Shown here piece after piece: positions 31,401-39,200 of a stretch of DNA of 64,000 nt. A program made the position numbers and the translations under genes. The notes below the pieces were generated by a model. It did not search any database and had not been told where the DNA came from. It worked only from the letters and a program-made list of their open reading frames with translations. The stretch's first letter is position 1; each line of letters begins with the position of its first letter. Source of the stretch: a virus (taxonomy: Duplodnaviria > Caudoviricetes); the IMG/VR virus record IMGVR_UViG_2974692648_000001, positions 173,510 to 237,509 of that record; one strand, given 5' to 3'.

Positions 31401-33074
31401 CCATTCACTCCGTTGTCTAATACCGCGTGTACAGCCACTGGGGATAATGGTGACGCCTTTACGGGTACCATTAAAACGGATGGTACGTTCGAAGTTGAAG
31501 TATGGTTCCCTGAGTACCGTACTCACAAAGTCGACATATCAGCACCAGATAAGACTTACCTAGGAACTTACTCTCTGGTAGTGACCGCAGACAACATCAT
31601 TGATGAAATGCCTTACTCAGCTAACGTTGCAACCACGGGTCAACCGGCAACAATGGCAGTGAAAGTCGTGAACCAAAGTGATGTTGCGGTAGAGGACACT
31701 GTAGTTACTGCTCACTTGGGTGACCCAAGTAATCCGGCAGTGGTGACAGCGAACACCGACGCCAGAGGTATTGCGACCATGAATGTTCCGGCTCCAGCGG
31801 AAACAGGTAAAACGACGGTCTACTTTAAGAACGGTACTTCGGTACTTGACGCAGAGGTGGATTGGAAACCTGTGGAAGAATTGGTCGGTAAGACATTCGA
31901 AGATGTTGTGACGTCATCTCCAGCTGAATACGGCCAACCAGCTACAATCAGTGGTAAGCTGTTAGATCAGAACGGGGACGTGTTACCGGGTCGTAACCTT
32001 GGTGTGTATCACTTGAACGGAGGTACGTTGTTGAATACCACTGTAGTGAAGAACGATGGAACAGGGTTTACTCTGGAAGTTGGTCCTTTAACTACAGGAA
32101 CACATCAGTTAGTGTTGTTCACGGGTAATGCTGAACGTTATGAAGAGATTACATGGAACGTGGAAATTCCTCCTATTGGAAAACTAGAAACGGTCTCGTT
32201 CTCTTCAACGAAGGCCCCAAGTGGTCAACCTGCCAAAGTTCACTTCTACGTCCTTGCACCTAACTACGGTCGCGTCAAAGACGTTCCGGTAACTGCACGT
32301 TGGGGTAATGCTCAGGGTGAAGTTATTGCAACAGAAATGACGAACTCTGAAGGCTTGGTAAGTTACACCTTACCGGGAACGAATGAGTCTGGTGATCGAC
32401 TAGGCACACATACGGTTTACGTTGAAGTTGGTGGTAAGTCCATCACGGATACCGTGGAGTGGGTGGACGATGAATTGATCGGTGAATCCATCATTGAAAT
32501 CGACAACATGCAGAACATCGAATACGGGGAGAAATTCCTAGTTCGCATGACGGTCAGAGATCAAAACAACGAACCTATCCGTAATCCGGGATACAGTCTG
32601 TTCCAACCTAAATCTCGTCAAGAGGTTATCAATCTGGTTCGAATCGACTACCCGGGTGATGATGTGGTGTTCCAAGCAACCGCACAATCAAGTTCAGTAA
32701 CGGAGTTGTATGTGGGTACTGATAATGACTATCGTGTTATCCCTGTTAACTGGGATTACGCTAACGACATCATTAAACCAGTGACCGCAGCGATCGATGT
32801 TGATGTTCCTGAGTATCATCCTGTGGGTGTTGACTCAATAGTGAAAGGTAAAGTGCTCGACACCAATGGTTTAGAGTTCCGACCAACCACTATACTGAAG
32901 CTGAAAGCACGTCGTGTTAGCGATAATTCAGAAACTGAGTTGACGGTCATGCCAGATGGCGAATGGGCGTTTGTTGTGAACGAACCTACTGAGTCTGAAG
33001 TAGTGTACAAGTTAATGTACGGCAACGTAGAATTAATGGAATACACGGCTAAGTTCGGTACTCCTGCAAGCTAA
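22491..33074 (+). CDS. giant Ig-like (invasin/Big-type) repeat protein, putative tail fibre/adhesin
   Basis: 3527 aa of ~95-aa acidic beta-sandwich-like repeats (DQ.G.P, TDEFGI, PDGTF). Confidence 0.75.
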   Translation: MAGIIRGNLLDAEGNEVNPGKPVTLKAVRSDGLPDVTITTNDSGHWSLEVNAEVDSQVDFTFIYNGVDVGAHAVRFIETAEVVTLPYSNFRVKVGNTGVIAFAVKDDQGNGVPYADVTIHRDDENSEPVTTLRTDQFGIVTYTVPPHNVYERVGFWAKSGGTTAFWGVQYEDGEEEFAISMANFHYTEQLGLGNELLVMGGGNDPWGSLIYNPPKVLFNKDTLTEVTYTEISDDLTNNVFLTVAGLSEGNHNFVFAMESEYREFVVECGDFQEETINTVKRHYPTATKFFVNMWSTLEATVQVDGVDYKPHGVVYMTVERNEDSIQSLVWPNGKFGYPVSGKNGDVYQYTIKNGDAEVLAEHPAYVVDGSVKLCEYSVDTLPTLGKGTVAFAIVDDEEKPVTGGFTLVNPGTNASEQVEVTDEFGIVEVEVSRASGENETFVLCSIGGFASVNHKVTFTGAPVASEFRNLDIPTQGDTETPITVTGQVYDQGGSAFKPPRLGVFDKQSLTHQAFDASLIGSDGTFSFEYGPLSQGQHDLVLGSSGIISEKRTHWSIGFPDGLRTERMNYSTYPNAYVGDDAIVAVRASIVEDGLLVPVVGVPATAYINGPGVTDVELETKLTDANGIAEFNIPASVNETTLNGNYAITMVVGPNVVRTDITWLEGSDVISGFSDLDYNPTINTGGELVYTYRPLNQDGQPMADRGVYVTPIDHFQIGAYNATIYENADGSYTAEFPTMEDGTYDVVFHSGNAQERMSLTWGAYPVINPTSVLLDFLSPTSGVVGSDAIVSGKIVDENGSVIRPTAGMRLTVRDETGSEIHVRVKPDGSWSFAANSTIAKTKSYNILHSGTNLYVHQIDFHETPTVTFTDYTGDKVAKTHEAMLATVVKDVDGNGIPGMLVEYKNDDTHYGSVITDEFGIAEFTIPFNLETIVSPTVEQDYVVAHISDTISDDVTVRWAGDDENSAIEIIDLVVDSDVYEGTTATITGRLIGSLGTNDNAWMWLTVFNKTTLESKMFNNNIMLDGTFEIEVGPYPMGLNQLVIATNSYTTPISLEVTEAPIVLKELRTLPYSTSKVKSAGSATLAYAAINSLDKAMVGETVELRLASDTGILLDTVVTDKYGIAEFTVPDNESTPNTGDVTYVAVSGEFSAQSTASWGETGVVIESLDGFEATGLVSSGAKGVIKLSPLSKLVYDSGSFAQDPNGKLTPWETMTHVRGATINVFDKVTLTAIPHSRVNVDVDVGGEKFDIYTVDALPDGFYDLVVYSDNAIETATMTWDTETELAKPDRFVLTNSITTAFVQNDTNQWLDGDVQSTSGPAFELTGYVEPVMVGSQEHPVWITPKGRFVTKLSEPRSEGVHSYDFKVDGTVVDTKTITFYDSLNVELLPYTTPNPVKGKVATIAAVVKDGSGEVVPGACVTLTPGARITYEHSVNLNSDFNGSVEMTWEYDEAYPEFTLITGCNGKRNGERQLLRWVESPELTGDSFETLVVPEKVVGDDKATITGKILDQEGNPYANGELLVYNKITMTSTDLTTAIQPDGTFSTELGPYPFNAYELIFATRGNVDRRTAVWGGSGILASIEIDPDSGTRGLLGDTVEIFGSSTDTIGTPFTPDEGIYTLDVVNDKNDDVLPTVIDAQGNWSFNATHDVSETVTYTFKDGETVLATHAVEFFEGAGTLRNFDAPSTVKVGLNEDFTLTGKVYNTMNKLYRPIVEELFTLVLDETTEFQGTIHTDGTFSVKPTNDKVETQSFTFKVGEDTYDTVDIKWCQTVSLAFNADSQPKAVVGDDAYVSIRVVDENGESVTGRTVEFYEGEVTGEPLDTEDVYSETYIGYWPKEATEVGDVVITAKLGGIQDTLTLSWVGNDPKIAAGFGRKTSRTGYVVDTKPASGTTATLRGTVVDQDGTPLAGPQFLKVFDQGSFDLTDYSAQVQADGTFDIELPVKPDGTYNYSLVTEGNVGSIRGISWDAENEDLKAVKLDASVPTQVNVASTHTLQGTILDSAGDTIAPAKSITVYVNSSEGNTYEFTVTPDGTWSFAYTFSNEGDVLFDFHTYQGKYLGSVTITVEEAAPVFTSIEWVGEQPTEGMVGESVKLTAVTLDQYGNPIDGVSVRPFINGEPQNAFRSPPGGSWSLDYTSTEAGPVLYEFGWEPDVARIGHTVEWKLPVDSIEVMRYSDSNAVPGQTAFVPFAALDSSGKGIAGVPIALHLDSASGTLLTTVTTNEFGIAEFSVPQKGSNANRLIYAKYGDIVKERRQWWANDPLTPPTGFANLTVTNPVPEGERALVSVQAVASDGSPRPLSTVGIFDPEILDQVLFNRVTTGESKSHLLDFAHSGTGTKTYILTTDAGRQEFSVTWESKPAVTPNDLVFDADSPESLVVGEWNTLSGKLAVDGVPVTELDHYVKATMTVGGKESYLDLDVSKGTFRVLVKPTAAGTENYDFKLNGTSVVVKSFRHSDNVTLNDVSVLSVTTPQIGDPVVLSTVVKDSEGNPIPKLPVTFKLAGGNTLATLNTDVKGMVTHSVPYQSGTMSSDFEIKVGSVVETVTATWKPTNELIDVAFEGLTTPATVYDGELAKVTGKLINQQNNGTSTTKFEIYHRGLLTHTSHATDVQPDGTFDFNIGPFAVGVNEFYFIINGKRIERSIEYIERTDPELNRVELDEGNPTSGFSGENLTISGKGYDQYGDPIANAQVQWAISGDAQPALTTGPDGSFSTTVTHNTNASITYRFGGNDGIPVANLSIAWTVATSNTMAFVGTSQCKQTQNNEANIELYVKDQDGVGVQDAQIVIRDQGSETPIATLTTNVRGLASYAIPYEAGNDNRTIEATLDQLTETLDITWYPAVTKYATGFTRLYMDNRPASGKSTTVRGQLVDQDGNPITTASTLGIFNTITLENYDYIDRLQPDGTFEFEYGPEADSNYPISLFTDAGHFDETIIWDLNNADMKRVVFDNNIPRMTKSNGRVSLHGTFVDSDGNPFTPLSNTACTATGDNGDAFTGTIKTDGTFEVEVWFPEYRTHKVDISAPDKTYLGTYSLVVTADNIIDEMPYSANVATTGQPATMAVKVVNQSDVAVEDTVVTAHLGDPSNPAVVTANTDARGIATMNVPAPAETGKTTVYFKNGTSVLDAEVDWKPVEELVGKTFEDVVTSSPAEYGQPATISGKLLDQNGDVLPGRNLGVYHLNGGTLLNTTVVKNDGTGFTLEVGPLTTGTHQLVLFTGNAERYEEITWNVEIPPIGKLETVSFSSTKAPSGQPAKVHFYVLAPNYGRVKDVPVTARWGNAQGEVIATEMTNSEGLVSYTLPGTNESGDRLGTHTVYVEVGGKSITDTVEWVDDELIGESIIEIDNMQNIEYGEKFLVRMTVRDQNNEPIRNPGYSLFQPKSRQEVINLVRIDYPGDDVVFQATAQSSSVTELYVGTDNDYRVIPVNWDYANDIIKPVTAAIDVDVPEYHPVGVDSIVKGKVLDTNGLEFRPTTILKLKARRVSDNSETELTVMPDGEWAFVVNEPTESEVVYKLMYGNVELMEYTAKFGTPAS

Positions 33075-33083
33075 TGTAAAGTA

Positions 33084-33125
33084 ATAACTCAGGTGGGTTA
33101 GACCCACCTGAGTTATCTTTATTTT
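33084..33125 (+). terminator. intrinsic terminator
   Basis: ATAACTCAGGTGGGT-TAG-ACCCACCTGAGTTAT followed by T-rich tail. Confidence 0.8.
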
Positions 33126-33221
33126 CCACTTATTTAAACCCCACTGAGAATTTATTGAACGAAACGCGTAACTGGGTTCTCCCTTGGCCCGGTGTGTATA
33201 ACAAGCAAAAGGAAGATACTA

Positions 33222-36200
33222 ATGACGGGTGTTATTAGAGGAAACTTGTTGAAAGGTGACACGACGGTAAAACCTGATGGACCCGTCAGTCTTACCTTGA
33301 AACGAGACGATGGACTTCCAGATACGGAAGTCGTAACTGATGCTGATGGTAACTGGCAAGTCGAGGTTGAGTCGGCAACGAAAAAGAAAGTCAAATTTAG
33401 TTTCTTTGACAAAAGCAAACCGCTTGGTGAACACGAAGTGGAGTTTGTCAAGGAATTGGAAATCATTCCTGCATCCGGTCGATTCACTAAAGAAAACCTG
33501 AATGGTTTCCACGGTCGATTAATTGATCAAGATCTGAATCCGATCTCTGATGCGGAGATCACTTACAAACGTAAGTACGACGACGCTGAAAACTGGATCG
33601 AAAGCAGCGTCACAACAAACGAACACGGTTACTTCAACGTAATGTGGGGGATTAACGAACTGGAGCCTAAGAAGCTTTACATTCAAATCTCGTACGGGGA
33701 TTTGAGTGATGAGTTTACTTACGACTTTTCTGATGGTTCTTTAACCACTTATTTTGTTGACCCTGTGGGACAAGAAGAGTTAGCCCCGGGTGAGACCTTG
33801 AAAGTAGTCGGACGTGCATTCCCGAATTACGGTTCAGGTGACGTTAACCTCACCGAGGATGCGTTCCTTGGTCACTTTGTGGACAACCCACTTTATTTCG
33901 TGGATAACAGTGAATCATTAGAGAGTGGCGGTAAGTTCTCCATCGATGTGGATGGGACACACGCCACTTTAATGAGTAACAACGGTAACCTAGAAGTAAA
34001 ACCACCTGTGGTTCAGGGGTTAAAGCCGCCCGCGATTATGCGATTTGGTGTACGCAGCGTGCTTATCAACAACCCGGATCTGCATTACAGTGGAAGTTTC
34101 CCACTTACTTGCTCGGTGTATACAGCGGATTACAAAAAGCCGAATGTGGATTCTAGTGAGTTGGAATTCTACGATTTCAATAACTCCCCGCATTCTTACG
34201 GCAGTTACCTGACAGAAGGTAATGACCGTTGGTATGCTGGTGAAGACTTTGTTAGTATTCGGGAAGGTGGGTATAAACACACAGTACTTTGTCGTGGCCG
34301 ACCACTAGCCGATAATTACGTCCGCTGTTTTACTGACGGTGATATGCTTAACTTGGTAGGCGGCACTAGAAACTGGGTCCATGTGGGCAACGAAGTCGTA
34401 AACCGTCTTGCGTTGACTGACAACCAAGGAAATCCAAGATCGGGAGTAACGGTTTCTTTCTTCAAAGGAGATTCGGAAACAGCGTTCCGTCAAGCAACCA
34501 CAGACGACCTAGGTTTAGTGGAAATCACGCTCCCTACGGAGAGTGAAGTAACTCGCACCTTTATGCGTGCAGAAGCAGATGGTGTTGAAGCAACATGGTA
34601 CAATGACTGGGTCCCAGTCACACTAGAAGTTGTAGAGAGTGTTTCTACACCTTTCCTTCCGGTTTATTTTGACCGAGATTTCTTCATGTTTTTAACTACT
34701 CCTTTGGGTAAAGATGGTCAACCATTTAACCCTCAGGACAGTGGTGTATACGAAGGTCTCACGATTCAGTTATTAGACCGTTGGTACGTTCGTCCTTACC
34801 TCAGTAAGCGCGATGGGGCTTGTGAATACCTCCTTCCACTACAAGACGATACCAACCCAATTAAAGGCGGTCGGTTATCTATGACCTGTGACCACTTCCA
34901 CACAGAAAAAGATGTCGTGGTTGGTAAGCGTGTGGGATTAAACCCACTGCCTTACGCTCAGGGAACAAGTGTTGCTAATCAAGACCTAACCACTGGGTGG
35001 TTGTTGTTGGACGACGCTCTGGAACCAGTAGAAGGTGGTGTGATTGATGTCTGGATCGATGATCGAAGTGGTGCAGTAGATCATAAACTAACCACCGACA
35101 AATACGGGATTGTGGAAATCACAGTTCCTTTTAAAGAAGGTGAGTTGGTACGCAAAGCTTACGCTAAACACGGGACGGATCAATTTGAACTAGAATTGAT
35201 GTGGACTGAGAAAAACGCAGCTTGTCAAATTACGATCACTCCTCCTCAAGGTGACATCGGTGTCGATGAACTCGTCACGTTTGACGTACGTTCGTTAGAT
35301 CAACACGGTAACGAAGTTAATGAAGAATCCCCAGTTCTCTTTAACATGTATGGCTTCTCTAACCTCGGTGTTTACGACAAAGTCACACACAAAGTCGAAT
35401 ACCTTGGGTCAGACCGCACTACCGATGTAAACGTACAGACTAACGATAAAGTTGGTGAGCAAGAGTTGGTGTTCTTTACCGAAGCTGGATTTAAAACGGT
35501 TAAGTTCAATGCCATCCAACGTCCGGTTCGTAATACAGATCGCTTAGAGTACAGCTCGAGTACCGCATTCCCTGATTCTGAAGCCTTGGTCGGCTTCCGT
35601 GTTTCTGATGATAATGGGCAAGGTGTTCCGGGTGAAACTGTCGAGATTCGATACTTAGGTGAAGAAGTCGATAAGTTAGTAGGCAATACTTGGATTAAGG
35701 TTCACGAAGGTGGGTCTGACGAAGTCATCACAACTTTGACTACGGATGAGTTCGGTATTGTCGAATTCCCTACCACCATGCCAACGGATACCGGAACTCA
35801 TAGCTGGAGTGGTACAACGGTAAGTGCGGGTCCTAAAGACAGAAAGGGTAAAACAGACGTTTACGTCCATTGGCGTGACGGGATTATCACTGACCTGAAG
35901 AATGTGAAGTCGATCCCGGTTACCGAGTCGGGTGAGAAAACGGTGTTCTCCGCAGAGTTGTGGGAAAACGTCAGTGCTGACAACCAAGTCATCACTGAAG
36001 ACAACATGCACATTCACGTTTACATAAAAGAACTAGATCGTACTCTAGAGAACACGGGCACTTTCTATAAGGGTCATAAAGTTTGTTCAATAGATGAGGT
36101 CTTACCGGACGGCACATACCACGCGGTACTCTATGTTCAGAACGCACAACACGAGGTTACTTTATCGTGGGGTTCTGTGGCAGGTGTTAATCCGACTTCA

Positions 36201-39200
36201 TTGGTTTACAACAACTTTGTTCCTAAGAAGTTCCCTATTGGTGCGCGTTACATATCTTCGGTCAGCCTTAACGATGATGACGGTAAGATTACTGCAATGA
36301 CTAGAGCGGTTAATGTAGAGGTTTACAACTCTGACAACCAAGTCATGGGCGAAGGTGTAATCGATGTTGATGGTAACGGTCGCATCCAATGGTCTACCAA
36401 CTACGGTACTCCGAACCCAATCGAAACGTATGAGTTCCGAGATGGTTCAAAGGTGTTGTTCTCTATGACGGCTGGTCTTGTTACGTGGCCTAAGATTAAG
36501 ATGACTCCTTACAACCTAACCAACCCGGTTATCGGTCAAACCATTACCGTTGGCGCGTTTGTTGAGAACGAGGAAGAGACGGAAGCAGTAGATGGCATCT
36601 ATGTGACGATGGAAGACAACTACGGTAACTTGCTTGCTGAAGGGGAAACGGATGAATTCGGTTTCTTTGACATCAGCTATGACCGTATTGGAGAAGAGTC
36701 ACATATGTTCGTTCGAGCTAAATGTGGTCAAAGTTCTAACTATGAGACCGCTCCTTGGACTGACACCAACTCACCTCGTTGGGTAGACTTGCAGCTCACC
36801 AACCCACCAACTAGCGTGGATAACGACGGAAGTGTCTTCATGAACGGTATGATGCGGGATCAGGATGGTAATCCTGCTGACCGTGTTGCTTACAGCGTTT
36901 ATGATGTTCGTAACCGTAGCAGTATCGGTGGTCGTAGTAAATCAGACGGTCGCATCGAACCTTCCTTGGACAACATTGCATTGGGTAAAAACCCTGTCGT
37001 TGTAACTAGTGCCAACGGGATGGTTAGACATGTGGTCAATTACAAAAAGATGCCGGCGTCTGCTGATATCGTAAGTGGTCATAGTGAAGCCATGGCCTTT
37101 GATGGCAATCCTGAGGTCACTTATCAGCTGAAGGATAGTGAAGGGAACAACTACGTGCCTAACGAGGGCGAGGTGGTAAACTTACTTACTCAAAGCGGGC
37201 GCTACCAGAAACACGGCACCCCAGTAGGTCCGACGGGTTTAGTTACGATGCCTTGGTTCAGTAAAGGTATAGGGCATGAAGTCTACATCCTTGCTAACGA
37301 AGACATGTCTAAGGCTCTCAACACCACGCCTACTGAGCACATTGCGATTAAGGAAGTTAAAGTATTCCACGCTAGTGACTACCCTCAGTCTGGTGACCCG
37401 GGCATCATGTTGGCAAACGTTCAAGACTTTAACGATAACCCTATCCCTAATATCGAGTTCCGTGTGAAAAGCACTACCGATGGTTTCGAGTTAGATGCGG
37501 TTTACAAAACTGATGCCAACGGTGTTGGTAAGGTGTTGTTAGCCGGCCAGTCTGACGGAACAAACATCTCGGTCGAATTGACCTGTGGTAATGCAGTTAC
37601 AAGCTACTCTATTGGTTGGGAAGATGGAGGTGAGTCTAGTCCCGGAACGGTGATTTTAGATGCATTACCTTCGGAAGCTTCGGAAGACGACAATCTTCCA
37701 ATTACAGGTAAAGTTGTTGATAGTGAAGGGAATGGGATTAGTGACGCGTTCGTTTACTTGTACATAGGGACGCCGAATAGTACCTATTACCAAGAGGACT
37801 CTGTTAACGCGGATGCCGATGGACGTTTCTCTATCACCCCTTGGCTGGAATCAGGAAACCTCAAGTTCCTTGTAGTTAACGGGAACGACTTTGATAGTGC
37901 CGAAGTATTGTGTTACTCAACACCTATGGTTACTATGACTAACCTCACTATTCGTGATATTCACGAAAATCAGCGTGGTCGTGTCTCTGCCCTCTATAAG
38001 GACAGATACGGTAATCCGGTCCAAGGTGAAACTGTTGAGTTCCGATTTGACAGCGCAAGTGGTGAGTTAATAGATACCAAAACCACTAACGAGAAGGGTC
38101 ATGCGTGGACTGAAGTTACTTGGACGCAAGCACAAGGACACAGTGAGATTTACGCTGTTTGTAATGAGGCATCGGACTCTACCTACATTAATGTTGCAGA
38201 AGCGGGTGATGTCGCTCCAGTGGTTTCTACTATCGCTTGGCACAACAATGTTGGTTTCGTTCATCCAGAAATGCCAGCACTGATAATGGGTAAGGTATTA
38301 GACCAACACGGCAACCCGTACTCTAAAGCGGAGGTGAACTATTATCGTCCTGACATCGGATCAAGGAATATGACTTATACTGACTCAGATGGTAACTTTA
38401 CCTTAGAGGTCAGTCCGGGTCGTTTCGATCCTACCCGTAAGGATTTGTTTGGTGTACGTGGTAAGTTTACTGAGATCGCTCCTAAGTGGAACATGGGAAC
38501 CAAGTTCAAGTCTGGAGCTATTAAGTTTAACAAACCTGATTTTCCTGAAGGCATTCCATACGACTCAACCATCACCTTATCCGGTACCGTAAAAGATACC
38601 GATGGAAGCATGGCTGAAGTGGGTGACGCTGTAATTAAACTGAAGGCGCGCGTTCGATCTGAAGGTTCGGAGCTAGGGTTGAAAGAGTTCACGGTTTCAC
38701 CTGACGGTACTTGGTCTGTTGACATCCCAACGCCGGATAAAGAAATTAAGTTCGATGTCTGGTTGGAAGATGAATACGGGAATGGTTGTGATCGTGTCGC
38801 ACTTTGGGCAGGTCCACCTAAGACCAAGACACTAGCGTTTGCTCCACCTACACATGACTACATCCCTGAAGGTCAGAATCATACACGAGTGGTTTACTAC
38901 TTGCTGGATGAAGAAGGCAAACCTATGCCTAACGTATCCATCGACTTTAAATATAAAGGCGATGCTGATTCTCGTTGGAATTATGGTTCAATGGATCGTA
39001 CGGATGAAGATGGTCACGTTAACACCCGTATTCAGTTACGCAACAGCACGACTATTGAGTTACGTATTAAAGCTGAAGGGTTAACGACCAAACACACTAT
39101 CGTCAGAACAAGTGATCCGGTCGGCACGAACTTAGTTGGGGTTTATTACCCAGACTCAACCAGTGTCTCTCGTGGATTAACTGGTTGGGCTAAGTTAACT

